Shown in pieces: positions 1 through 12,767 of a stretch of 64,000 nucleotides of DNA (positions are counted from its first letter, which is position 1; each line of letters starts with the position of its first letter). The translations under genes and the position numbers were made by a program. The stretch is from Styela clava (Eukaryota). Location of the stretch: positions 21,638,001 through 21,702,000 of the forward strand of contig NC_135255.1 in NCBI RefSeq assembly GCF_964204865.1. Reading direction: 5' to 3'. Under the pieces are notes generated by a model. That model ran no database searches and was not told the DNA's origin. It was given only the letters and a program-made list of their open reading frames with translations.

Positions 1-461
1 CGATTAGAAACTTCAAAAGTAAAACTAGGTACGACGTCACAATTTGGTCAATGACGCCAGGTTTTTTATCGCGACGCCACATTTCTTCAGCTCGAACTTT
101 ATTAAAATTCCTTCGACCTCCAAAATGCTTTTGTTGAGCCTCTAAATTTCAAATACCTTAAAAATACTGTCGTTCAAAGTATAAAAACAAGAGCGGAAAG
201 TCATTTTGGCGGTTATTTTCGTTCAAATCCACATCCTGGATTCTTGATTGTTACGTAAGAAAGGCGGCGGATAAAAGACAATTGTATATACTATTATGAT
301 ATCACTATAGAGACAGACAAATAAAACAACATCCTATTTGCGTCAAAACAAGATTTTTGAGAAAATAAATTTTGAGTGTTCTTTTCAACAAGTAATAATG
401 GCTGTCAACACAACAATACAAGGCTTCAAATCAGCCCCAAGTGGAATTTATCGGCCGAAAT

Positions 462-653
462 ATAGGGTGTCCATAAAATCTTGATTTTTTTTTAAATCGC
501 AAAGGAAATTTATCGATACCCGATAGTGTTTTGGCCGCACAGCAAAAATATTTAAACAATTACTGATTAAAAAACAACAAACCAGATTAAAATATATTGA
601 GAACTGACTTCATAACAAAATTGAAATTGTAAAGAGACTTTATGGACACCCTG
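462..653. mobile_element. Tc1/mariner-like MITE (AGGGTGTCCATAA TIR, TA flanks); relatives at ~38380-38519 and 49557-49760
   Basis: tagggtgtccataaa ... tttatggacaccctgta, with a shared internal aacaattactgattaaaa sequence. Confidence 0.7.
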
Positions 654-983
654 TAGTATACGACAGAATGTTGGCGTGAGCCTCAGTTTTATGACGTATG
701 GTTTTCCATCGATAGTTATCACACTTGGCTCAAGGCGTACTACTTCGTATAGGATCACTCAGAAGTAACGGAGACTCTTCAGAAAATGTCTTATCACAAC
801 CACATTTTGAAAAATTTTATAAATAATAACGGCCATCTAAACAACAGTAATCTGTAATTTATAACGTATTTAAAAATAGGTGCTATAGGCTGCATGCACG
901 AATTGAAAAAAAAAATCGTACTTCAGGCAGAAAGGAGACGCCGAAAACCAACTCTGGTTATCGAGCGGCCACACCCTTTAGAC

Positions 984-2274
984 CAGTGGTCGGCAACCTT
1001 TTTCAAGTGACGGACCGGTAAAGCCTGACCAAAATCTTGGCGGACCACCTTTATACAAACGAACTAAGCCTATGCAATACATTAAACGCATTATGAAATT
1101 TATGTTGACAATATACTAAAAACGACGGTGATGCTATTTAACGCGATATCTGTATTTGTTTGATTGCCATTAACTGTTCCCATATTCGAGATATGGTCGA
1201 CATTTATTTATATTATTTCGTTTTTGTAGTTATCAATATTGAAAACCAGGCCTCATATTAAAAAGATTTCGTGAAAGTTAACAATGCCTGTATCATTTTG
1301 TTGGGGAGATCTTATTCGGACTGATGAGAGGCATTCTTATACGGGCGTAGAGATAACAACTGACTCAGCATTATTGCGACATACTGACATGGCAATTATT
1401 TATGAAGTCAGATATGCTGCTCAATAGTGTTATGCAGTGGTCGGCAAACTTCATGTACTTGCGGGCCAAATATACACATTTCTGGTAGCGCGCTGGCCGC
1501 AATATTTCTATTTCCGCCTTCAAACAATCGCTACATTAATCGAACTTCACTTATTATTAATGTGAAAAATGATGATTTTAAGGTAACTTGTCGTCCAAAT
1601 GATGATCTGACAGGCGAGTACGAAATTTATTCTAAGTGTAATTCATTTTAAATAAAGCTGCTCAAGGCCATATATTCTTCCGACCGTGCACATTACACCT
1701 TTTTCACTAGCGCACAGATGAGCTGTGGCACAGTCCCGGGTCTCGGGGTCGAAATTTCGACGACTCGTTCCGTAACCAGTTTAACATTAAAACCCTTAAC
1801 AACTGCGATGCTGACTGGGCATATCGGGCAAACCGGTTTTGAAATGCGCAAGGAAGAAAAATATTTTTTCGTCCAAGCACTTTGGAATGTTTCCCAGACA
1901 TTTTTAAAAAGTCAAAATTAACTCGAACGATATACATCCAACGCTACTTATTACAAAACAAGCACCGTACACCAGCACTTGTTACCACATAAATCCGTGT
2001 AGAGACAATAATAAATTTAGAATCATATTTGGTTTTATGTATTGAATGTCGGGTCGTTCGAGGGCCGCAACAAGTCCGCAGTTTTGCCGACCCCCGGTGT
2101 TGTGTTTGTTTGGTTTACTGTTGTGTTGAGTGCTGTTTTTAGTCGTTGGGTTTGTGGTTAGATTGTAGAGGTTTTGTTACGCCCTTTTCCGTTTTTGTGT
2201 CACTTTTCTGCGGACCGGCAGTAACCATTCCGCGGACCGGCGATTGGCCGCGGCCCGGTGGTTGCCGACCACTG
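984..2274. mobile_element. hAT (Charlie-like) non-autonomous element with a second hAT MITE nested at 1435-2096
   Basis: TIR CAGTGGTCGGCAACC/GGTTGCCGACCACTG with perfect 8-bp TSD CTTTAGAC. Inner element has TSD GTGTTATG/GTGTTGTG. Confidence 0.85.
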
Positions 2275-2291
2275 CTTTAGACAGTCTAACA

Positions 2292-2965
2292 CAGGGTCGT
2301 CCAACCCCATATGTGGCCCGCGGAAGCGTTTCGAGTGGCCCGCGCTTCATTTTTCAGAATTGAATAAAAAATTGAGTAAGACTATTTTCCGAGTGATGTA
2401 GTATACAAAGATGTGATACAAACGATTTGTTTATTATCCTGAAATGCGCTTGGGTTCCATTTTGAGTCGAAACCAACTGGGAGGAGATATCGATACATAA
2501 AGGTGCCATAGTCGCTTACACATTAAGTCTTTTTTATTGCAAAAGCGGGAATATTTTAATCGTATTCCTTGGCGCATGACGAAAGCACTTACATCAAGGT
2601 TACTGCTCAGTTGGCAATCTTCCTGCTGGGAGTTAATTGTGATTTTGAAATTACCGAAGAGCTCGCAGCCATTGTTGCTATTAAGAGTACGACTGGAGGA
2701 TTTGATTTGTTGGAAGCTGTGATGAAAATGAGCAAGTTTTTTGGCGAATCCTCCGGGAATAACCACTGATGGCGTCCAATCAATGGTTGGGAAACAACAG
2801 TTTTATTGTTCTAATTGTGAAAGTTTAGTGTGAGGGTATTGTTTGTTTTTTTATTAACCTGTAGTCAGTGTATCTAAACTAGAACATAACTACCATGTTA
2901 TGTGGCCCGCGCAATCATTCGTAAACTACATGTGGCCCTTCGACCAAAAAGGTTTGACGACCCTG
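2292..2965 (+). mobile_element. Internally deleted hAT-Charlie element with a transposase remnant
   Basis: TIR CAGGGTCGTC/GACGACCCTG. 2569-2769 encodes DEST..TAQLAIF..GV...FEITEEL.....KSTT.G, typical of Charlie/GTF2IRD2-like transposases. Confidence 0.75.
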
Positions 2966-3517
2966 ACTAACAGAACCCGATAAATAGAATGGAGACGAAC
3001 AAAATATGTTATTTGAAAATGAAACAATATGTTTACCAAAGCAATTTAGTATATGCCAAGCAGTCGCCGTTTCAGCACAGGAAAGTGCACTCTAATCACC
3101 ATGGCAAAGCAATATATAAGAGAAAGCGTGATATGATGACGAATGGTTTTCAATCTACTTTTGCGGAAAAATACTATTCTTAGCCGAAATTAATTTTAAA
3201 GGTTAATTATTTCAAATACAATAACTCTATAGAAACTTCGAAAAAATAAAACCATAAGCGACTTTTTCCATCTTCAAGTACTTCGTTGGTTCTTGAGTTA
3301 GAGAGGAAATTGAATTTAGCAAGCATGAATTTAGCAAAATCATCCATTGGTACAATTCGTGTACAGTAATAAACAATAAACCAAAATATGTACAACCCCG
3401 ATCAAATATATGGACAATATAGGCGTGTGCGTGTAAGGCTCAGTTTGATGAAGTGGTTTTTCATAGATATTCACCACACTTGGCTCAAGGTGAATTACCA
3501 CTTTGTATACCTCACAT

Positions 3518-4430
3518 CAGGGGTCGGGAACCCATGACTCGCGAACCATATATGGCTCTTTTGGTGAAGGCATATAGCTCCCAGAAATATCTAAGGCTAA
3601 GCTTACTATTGTTACCAGTTCTCAAACTATAAAGTTATTGCAAAATCCCGCAGAACATTTGCCAATACGTTGGGAACACGCGCTCAACGCCTCTCTATGT
3701 TGTGGTAAAACAAGTGCCACACAAGCATTGTGACAAAACTAGGGGATTCTGAAACATATTTTGTGACATCACCAAGCGATGGATCTTTCCCCGAGCATCG
3801 ACTTCCTTGTTTACTTCGTGACATTGGCCAATCCGCAAGATGCAAAAGGTGACGTAACAATGCTGCCTCTCAGACAGATTTCTCACTCAGACAGATTTTC
3901 GAGCGTGGTCGTAAACAATACCTCGTTTTCGCGTTTTTGAACCCTGTTCGTCAGTTGTGTTTCGGAAACCTAAATATAAATCAGATAATTCAATGATCAC
4001 TCTGTCTTCCTAGGAGTTTTAATTTAATTGCAGCTTTAAAAATTTAGTGTAGAAATAGCTGTGATAGACTAGGCTAAAATTGTTTACCGGTACTTTTAAA
4101 AAACAGATTGTTGTATGCGATGAAACATAATGATGGTTTGAAACACATACCCAATTTCACAGGCGCCAACTCGCAAAAGCACTCTTAAAATAGCCCCGAA
4201 AACTTTGCAATGGTAAAGTATAGGAAGAATTTTTCGGAGGTCAAAGGTCGGGGAGAGGTCCATAGACTTGCGGAACAACAAAGAAAGGCCTTCCGTCCGC
4301 GTGTACAGTTTATTTGTAATATTTAGCACTACGGAGATGCCTAAAAGAAAGAAAGACGATGAGTATCGTCGATTTCACATGTGTTGCATGTGAGCAGCCG
4401 TTCAAGTCCCTCAGCTCCCACTTTTGCTTA
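3518..4430 (+). mobile_element. Truncated longer copy of the hAT family also present at 31029-31572
   Basis: Same 5' end CAGGGGTCGGGAACCCATG. Includes the start of a transposase-like N-terminus (MPKRKKDDEYRRF) at ~4338. Confidence 0.7.
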
Positions 4431-5039
4431 TGTAGCACTGTAAATAATCCTAATTTTTGACTTATAATATAAGCGAAAAGGATGTTTCGTACAAAGCCCC
4501 TGTCACTGATGCAAGTGTGAGATTTGAGAAAAACAAACCCGCCACCTTTAAAAATTCCAACCGGTAATTATCCAGTTGGGATAAGGGTTCGGGTTAGTGT
4601 TAGGAATGATTTGAAAATTTGAATTGACAGTTCAACCTGCATTCCTAACCCCAACTGGAAAATTACTAATTTTGCTATTTTGAGAGTTGGCGGGGGTGTA
4701 AAAAAGATCCGTAAAAAATACTCTCCGAATTGTATCACAAAACCCGAATTGTGTGGCAATAAAAGTGATATTTAGTGGATTTAGCCTTTCAGCACGACCG
4801 ACTCCAATCCTCTGCTTCAAAAGCTGTATTGTAACCCAATCAAGTAACATATAGGCTATACTCCGCTATAATATGCTCATTGACAATATTTAAAAAAAAG
4901 TTTCATTCGTTCTTCCAGTCTCAGGAACATCAGAGTAATAGATTTTTTAATGATATATCAATTTTTCCTATAATCACCACATAAAATTCGCAGCCACAAT
5001 TTTTTTCGTTCTTTTCTGAATTCTAGTTTGTATAAAGTA

Positions 5040-5410
5040 TTGCCGTGATCTTCTCTTGATCAGTGTCTCACATTTTAAAATTGACTTAAAAGGTATTGCC
5101 CGAGGTATTCTGTTTGTCAGTGTGTTGTTGTTTTGTTTGTTTGTGACCAAAATAAAATTGATTGATATAGGTTGATCGACAGTTGCTGCAGTCGACGAAA
5201 TGTCGACGATTTTTCTTCGCAGTCAATCATTTATAGAAATTTGTCAAAGTTGACAACCCTATGTTCAGTTGCTTCCTTGTTTTTAGATTACGACAAGCAG
5301 GAGTTTCCATTTCATGAATTTTTATGCATATCATGCACAAGAACGTGTTTTGTGCATATAAACGATAATACTGGGACTGGAGTAAGTCGAAAGTGGGACC
5401 CGTAAGTCGT
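5040..5410 (+). promoter_or_regulatory. Candidate transcription start / outron 5' region of the + strand gene cluster
   Basis: Non-repetitive stretch after the TE block, with a G+T-rich tract (5111-5147), local CpG enrichment (5175-5225) and two GTAAGT donor-like sites (~5382, ~5402). Inference only. Confidence 0.3.
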
Positions 5411-6368
5411 ACATCTTTCTCAACATTAATGATTTTTATTCTTTTTCGACAACTTAGGATAGAATAGGATTCACAGGTTTATCAGGGGGGAGAGGAAAAC
5501 CGATAACACGACTTAATCATATGGCGAACCACGGCCTCTCGTCCGGTTACCAGTCCATGTCAGATATGGGATTAGTTAGTCAGTTATTTGTTTTCAGAAG
5601 CATGGACTTGGTGGTGAAAAAACGACCAGCGGTTACGTGAAGCACCACACGGCGGCGAGGAGTCCAGCAATCCTCGCACATTACTATACCCGTACGATTT
5701 TTATCGTTTAATGACAAGTTCAAGAAGAAATGGATAAATATTTGGCGACATACCGAAAATCAGTTCTTATATTTAGTCGGTGATCACTGTTGTTAACCTA
5801 TATCTACGTTGTGTCGGAGTCAACTGAGCTTCCGCTAACGTAAAAGCCTTCTTTCTTTGACGGGAGGAAAATAAAAAATATAATTTTGGACATGCATGAT
5901 TTCATTCAGGGGATTTCCCCGTGGTCGTCAGTTCTCTTCCGCGATTCGGCTTTTCGCTGCTTTTAATGTGTTTCCCTTTGTTTTGGCGATTGTTAGGGAG
6001 TTAATGTAGAATTCTAGCTGGGAATAAATGTCTAAGTTTTGTTGTACTTGTACAATATAACATTAAAGTTGAGATGGGACTTTCCTAGCTATCCTGTGGG
6101 AGTGGGAAATGGTGAAAACAGTAACGTACTTGGTTTAATTAACCTCTGTCGGTCTGTCTGCAGGTTTGTGACCTTCAGACCTTTTAGATAAATAGAGTTT
6201 ATTTTGAAGGATCCATACTGGTAATGCACGCTAATTAAAAATAGAGGATCATGGACAGTGAGCTAAACTTTTGAAAAAGTTTTAAACATTTGAAAAGTTT
6301 AAAAATATCATGTGTCCGCTCACCACACACACACACACACTAAAAAACACCAACCTAGTTAAACAGAC

Positions 6369-6996
6369 GGGTCTGGTATAGTTTAGTACCACAAGTACTT
6401 CCAGTGTGCGTGGAATAATGATTTTTGCATGTGTTATTTCCGACCCCCATCTGCCTAGAGGCGCAGTTCTTACCACTTCATGGCAGCTCCTGCCACGAAC
6501 GAACCGTGGCAGCTCTTGCCATGGTTTTATAGCGCTATTCAGTAATCAGTATTAACGGTATATTCACAGATCAATGTACCAGATTTTAATTGATCCATCA
6601 AACCCCAAATCCATCAAAACTGTATCCATAAGAAAAACGTTCCAACTTACCCAATATTTGTCACCATAAGGGACAGTACGGCCCACCTGCCGGGGTTACG
6701 GCAGCAAAATTTTACCTGTTTTGGTTTTCAATTTGCTGTCACGGTAACGGCAGCTCATCATTGGTTTGTGGCAGCTAAAAAGTCAGTCGCCTTAGATTTG
6801 GCCGTATCGGCCATGGTATCCATCGTTTTGGACGACCATGTATATATTTTGGTGGCCCCTATCACGTAACTCTTAATTCGGAATGACATAATTTTTGAAT
6901 GACGCAGTCAAGGTGAGGTTAGGAATCAAATATGCAAAAATTGTTGAGCCAGGCCAACTACTGAACTAGAAGTAAATGTGGTACTATACCAGACCC
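6369..6996. mobile_element. TIR MITE with GGG termini and 8-bp TSD (superfamily uncertain)
   Basis: GGGTCTGGTATAG...AGTACCAC / GTGGTACTATACCAGACCC, flanked by AAACAGAC / AAACAGGC. Confidence 0.7.
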
Positions 6997-7293
6997 AAAC
7001 AGGCTTGGGCCAGAAAGAAACAAAAATGTATTGAACTTTTGTGTACCCTTCCGCTTGTCCACTGGTCTAGCTACTCGTCATGTATCTGAAAACAAATAAC
7101 TGGCTAACCAATCCCATATTTGACATGAACGGGTAACCGAACAAGAGGCCATAAGAATAAGTGTCTTATTGGCTTTCCTTCCCCGGGATAAATATGTAAA
7201 TCCTATCGTTATAAATCAAATGTTATATTTCCAGGTTGTTATAGGTTCTTTAGCAGAATTAGCTCTACCTAATGGATATATAAAGCAACAAAC

Positions 7294-8400
7294 ATGGCTA
7301 AAAGCTTGCAAAGTGTCAAAAGTGAGTCGGAATATATCAGCAAACTTTTCCCTAAATCACATTCCAGATTGAGAGTCGTCAACTACACAGCTGATGAAAT
7401 ATGTTTTCATTTTGTCGGCAAGAGCGATGAAAAGTTCGTTCTGAATTGTAACATTTCGGAAATATCCGAACCGGTACAGCCTATGTGGTACTCTGAGTCC
7501 GATAACCAATTTGTCACAGAAACTCTCGAATCGTTGTCAGAGATGACGCTAAAACCGAGAAATATGATCCAACAAGGAGTGGAGTATATTTTAAAAGAAT
7601 TATGCAAAAAATTTGGAGTAAAAATCCCTGGGGAGGTGGAAAAATTAACTTTCGATATAGACATAACCGACATGGATATTAATAATAATACGGACGAAGA
7701 TAGTTCAGATGAAGAATTAGAAGACATGGACGCTCTCGGATTAGACGTTCACGTTGTCAGTGAAGCCGAACGAAAAAAGATGGAAGACAGCGGAATCGCT
7801 GACAGTGATTTGGTTAAGCTGGAAAAAATCAAATCGAATCAACAGAAAGCTTATATTACTGGTAGTGTGACAGGGTCAGTGCAAGCTTCCGATAGAATTC
7901 TAAAAGACTTACGCGCAATATATAAATCGGATAGCTTCAAAAATAAACATTATACTGTCGAACTAATTGATGACAGTTTATATGAATGGAATGTCCATAT
8001 TTTACAAATAGATCGTGACAGCACTTTGTACAGCGACCTAAAAAAACTTAAAGACAAGGGCAGTGATGGTTCTATAGTATTACAAGTCACTTTTAAAGAT
8101 AATTATCCGTTCGATCCACCGTTTGTACGTGTAGTGAAACCTGTTTTGCATGGTGGCTACGTTTTTGGGGGAGGTGCAATTTGCATGGAGCTCTTAACCA
8201 AACAAGGGTGGAGTAGCGCTTATTCTGTCGAATCACTAATTATGCAAATTATCGCGACGCTCTCGAAAGGACGAACGAGAATCAATTTTGGAGCTCGACC
8301 AGATGCATTCAGTTACGCAAGAGCGGTTCTTTCATTTCAAAAACTTGTGCAAATTCATGAACAGAATGGTTGGTCAACGCCACCAAAAGCAGATGGGTAA
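7294..8400 (+). CDS. UBE2Q: Ubiquitin-conjugating enzyme E2 Q family (RWD-like N-terminus, acidic linker, UBC domain), single-exon CDS
   Basis: 368-aa ORF containing [46 protein letters not shown] (catalytic Cys) and C-terminal [10 protein letters not shown], all typical of UBE2Q1/2. Acceptor ttatatttccAG ends at 7234; AATAAA at 8538. Confidence 0.95.
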   Translation: MAKSLQSVKSESEYISKLFPKSHSRLRVVNYTADEICFHFVGKSDEKFVLNCNISEISEPVQPMWYSESDNQFVTETLESLSEMTLKPRNMIQQGVEYILKELCKKFGVKIPGEVEKLTFDIDITDMDINNNTDEDSSDEELEDMDALGLDVHVVSEAERKKMEDSGIADSDLVKLEKIKSNQQKAYITGSVTGSVQASDRILKDLRAIYKSDSFKNKHYTVELIDDSLYEWNVHILQIDRDSTLYSDLKKLKDKGSDGSIVLQVTFKDNYPFDPPFVRVVKPVLHGGYVFGGGAICMELLTKQGWSSAYSVESLIMQIIATLSKGRTRINFGARPDAFSYARAVLSFQKLVQIHEQNGWSTPPKADG

Positions 8401-9471
8401 TATAGAGGAATTTTTTATGTGATTTTTTTACAGTTGCCATGGTAATTAAAAGAAATATAATTTTTTATATAAATATTCAACACAGAATGGCCGCTGGATC
8501 ATGGGGGGAAAAATTAAGTCCAAAAGATTGTAATTTCAATAAAATTATTTTACTATCAGTTGGGGTTACGCGAGACTAACTCCCTACGCTTCCTTTGTGT
8601 CTTTAAGGGGATGGATCTGTGTGCGTGCAATGCAAGGGTACTATAGTAAGAATGAAATTACTCTACAGTAATGCATTTTTGTTAGTATGCATCAACCCTC
8701 TTGAATCACAGTATATTATTTTTATACGACATTTCAATGTTGTTGTGTGTTTTGAATCAGTTGGGGTTACGCGAGACGAACTCCCTATCCCTTCCTTTGT
8801 GGCTTTGTGCTATTGCATTGGATATGCGATTTGTAAAGATGCTGTAGCACAGTGGTTCCCAACCTGTTATGGCTCTCTTACGAAGGCTTTTAGCACTCAT
8901 GGCTCACTGTTTATCATTCCAGTGGTATATATGGTGTTGTTTTGATTGGTAGATTCCAAATCCCATTATGTCCGAACAATTCAAGCTCAACAAAGTTAAA
9001 ACACCCTGGGAAATAACGTTATCGAGTAATGAAACTAGGATGAATAGAGAAGTTTTCTTGTCAATTTATTTCTTATTTGTGTTAAATTTATTTTTGTTAG
9101 TATGCAGCAAGACTCTTGAATCACAGTATATTATTTTTATGTACGACATTCAAGTATGTTGTGTGTATTGAATTTGGCATAAAAGATTTGATTAACCTGA
9201 TATGATGTAACACTTGTCCAAATATTTTGATCCTAATGTGAACGTACTGATGCCGCTTGTTTTTGATTTCTTGGTTTGGTTGAAATCAGTTGGCTAGACT
9301 CATGACTATCAGTGCCATATTTGAGTCAAAATTTTATCCTCTTTTTTTTTGTTGATAATGCTTTGATGAGATGGAAGCTTATTATACTGTTGTTAATTGA
9401 AAAATTATGGGCAAGATATTGCTTTTCTTACAAATTTATTTGAAGTAGGGGTCACACTCTGTTATTAAGAT

Positions 9472-9928
9472 CAGTGGTTCCCGAACCGCAGTCAGCAGGC
9501 CAATTACGGCCCTAGTATCGATTTAACATGGCCCGCTGAACTCAAGTGAAATAATTGAACACTTTCTGTTTTTACGTTCTGGATACCGCCAATTGTTACA
9601 TCATTATTATTATTAAAAGAATTATGCAAAAAATTTGGAGTAAAAATCCCTGGGGAGGTGGAAAAATTAACTTTCGATATAGACATAACCGACATGGATA
9701 TTAATAATAATACGGACGAAGAGAGTTCAGATGAAGAATTAGAAGACATGGACGCTCTCGGATTAGACGATTAAGCACATGTATATTCGTGACAATTCAA
9801 TTACACTTTCCAATTAATTATAAGTAACAGAGCCAGTATCACCCCTTGCGGGCGTTTTTCTATTTCGGCCTGTGAATATCCTTCCGTCTCTAATTTTGGC
9901 CGCGGTCAATCAGCTTTGGAAACCACTG
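9472..9928. mobile_element. hAT MITE containing a 157-bp copy of UBE2Q coding sequence
   Basis: CAGTGGTTCCC...GGAAACCACTG termini. 9613-9769 matches 7591-7747 at 156/157 nt. Confidence 0.8.
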
Positions 9929-9936
9929 GTTTAGAT

Positions 9937-10352
9937 CGGGGGTGTGCAACCTTTTTCATTAGCGGGCCAAATACAATTAACTGGGTGAATCTGCGGGCGA
10001 ACTTTTATTTAATTTAGACTTTCCAGTAGTTGCAAGCACAAAAATCGTTTATTTTTGCTAGTGATCTTACGGCATTACTAGGGATTCTTGCACAAATAGT
10101 GAGTTGAAACGCACATTTGACTTTATTGTCACACCGACTTTAAACCCATTCAGTGAGAAACACGTTTTTGTAATAGGACCTATATCGTGTATTTTGCAAC
10201 AGAATTTCGCTAGCTTGTTTTGCTAAAAGGACTGGTATAGGCTTTGCGACGACGGAGGATGAATACTCGTTTTGCGGGCACACCATTTAGAATTGTTAAT
10301 TCTTCACGGGCCGCACAATTTTTCCTTGCGGGCCGCATTTGGCCCACCCCTG
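9937..10352. mobile_element. hAT MITE
   Basis: CGGGGGTGTGC...CCACCCCTG with perfect TSD GTTTAGAT. Confidence 0.75.
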
Positions 10353-12767
10353 GTTTAGATAATATAAAAGAGTTTAAGCAGATTTATCACTCGATGCATT
10401 TAAATATCTCCGTCCTTGCAGCATTTGAAACATATGCTAGTTGTATAATTCAGCAGAATCACACAGAGTTTTTATTTTGCTCAGTTTTGTGTGTTCGTCT
10501 TTTTTCTTATGCTCATCGCTTTTTTTCTGTAAATTTTATAAGCTATATTCAAGACATTTTTATTTTTTCCCTTCGTTTTGATACTGCAGGTGGCAAAACA
10601 GTATTTTCCAATTGATATGTTTGTGCATGAACGAGTTAGGTCATGCCTAAATGAGTTTGGTCATGCATGAATGAGTTGGCTCATGCGTGAATGATTAAGG
10701 CCATAGGGATAAGTCTACTTATTTAATTTCATCCCCTCCATGGTAAATATTAAAAACCCATCTTATCCTTTATTCTTGTGAATACTACTGAAATCAGTAA
10801 TTTGTCATTTTGATAATTCATGCGTGACTGTTGACATGATATGCATCACTGCTTATATTTCTCATTTTTTTTGCTGCTTTTTCAAGTAATGTTTTTGATA
10901 TTTCTATTATTTTTATTTTTAAATTGATTACTGAGACCTGAAAATTTCAATTCGTCTTGGGGACTCTTGAGAAAGTGATCTGTGTTAATTTGCTTATTGT
11001 ATATTTTTTTAAAAACATTTCTTTGAACGGCTATCATTTTACTTACACTTTTTTGTCATTTTTTAGGGAAAAATAACATGTTTAATATCTGAGTCCAAAT
11101 AAATTACCCCAATTAGATCATATTTGCCAAATTTTATTTGATAAAATTCAATATTTGTGATAATTTGATATAACTCTAAACTTCGGACCCTTTCTCCTAT
11201 TCCAATTGCCAAGTTAGACTGTAGCAGCTGGCTGGCTCGGAAACATGGAAGTTTAAAAAGCGTTTCAAGCAAAAAAATTACTATGTATAATACAGAATCT
11301 TTTTTTTTCCCTTTTGAAATGGCGGAGGGGGGGGGGGGGGGGGAGAAACCTACAAACCTCCATCCCCCCCTGGGTAAGTCCCTGGCTCCTGAATTCATTA
11401 TAGCCCCTACATAACAGTGGTTGCTTGTCTAAGCCTTGTTCAGAGTGACAAAAGTGTGAAAAACAATATTTTTTATTTGTCTTGTGACTTGTCTTTATTC
11501 ATGCTGATGTAATACTTCCATTGCTCTATTTTATCTTCATTCTTTCACAGTCAGCTTTTGTCACTTTAAGAGTCGTCCATCTCTTGCTAATAGATTGATT
11601 TCCCCATATTTCCGACTGAGTGCGCATGATTTTACTTTGGGCAAATTTCCTTATAAAAAGAAAAAAATTGCGAAGGGAAATTATCGATGCCTTATGTAGT
11701 TTGTTTGCAGGCATATTAATGAGGTAAACACTGATTATAATAAAACAAACCTGGTTATCAAGATATATTGAAAAATGACTTCATAACAAAATCATTTTAG
11801 GATTTTTGAACATTCCGCTCATTGTATGGTCTAAGTTTACTTTAGTACAATGTGACTTCATCCTTGTTAAAATTCATTCAAGCACAAACTGGCAGCATTG
11901 GTACTCTTCCTTTGGGATAAGATTGTTCCGACTGGGCACGCTTCATTAATTCACAGGGGGATATGGGTTTAAATTGTTCCAGGGTAGTCTATTTCCTTAT
12001 TATTTGCTATAATTTTTGCCGATATGCTATTTCAGTATTGTGTGTTTTAATTGTGTAAATGTCTTTTCAATTTAGATTCCCTAAATTAGAATTTAGAGTT
12101 AGTAATAAAGTTAAAACTACCGTATATATGGACTATCAGTTCTTCTTCAATATTGGAAGTCCATCACAGAGCAGTAGTTATCAATCTTTTTATTGGACTG
12201 GAATCTCAATGAATCAATCCAGAGGCTCAAGGAATATCTGTTGTATTCAAGTCAAGTTTCTTTTTTCCAACCAGTAAAAAAACACCACTCGAGCACAAAT
12301 TACGAGAAAACGAGAATTATCCATTTTTACTGGGTAAGGGTAGTTGCAGAGTACCAAAGCTTGTTACCAAGCAAGGTTCTAATATCTAATTTGAAAAGTT
12401 TGGAATTACTGAAACTGGCTTCAAGACAGTTTACCGTATGAATTATCGGTATTTCTGTAATGTGTGTACCAGGTTAGGGTTAGGCCATAATTTTATTTCG
12501 ATTTTCTTTATTTTAGTTCTATTACGAGTTCAAGGACTGTCTGTGTAAGCCGAGTGAATATACCTCCTGCTCATAGGTTTCAGTCCTTTTACACAACTTG
12601 ATGTAAAGTAGGCGAACAAAACTAGTTACCTTCATATTGGTACACACACTTCTGGAGCGCCGAATTATATAACTTACATTGCTCACTAGAAATTATATTT
12701 TTATATATGTATTTATCTTCTATTTTTAAGATGATATGAATTATCTAATCTACCAGTAATATTGATA

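Noticed and set aside
9504-9749. 81-aa minus-strand ORF matching 7407-7727
   Set aside because: Antisense shadow of the duplicated UBE2Q fragment, not a gene.
11326-11344. Poly-G run as a functional G-quadruplex (also ~24413 and ~26882)
   Set aside because: Typical homopolymer tracts of short repeat elements, with no other support.
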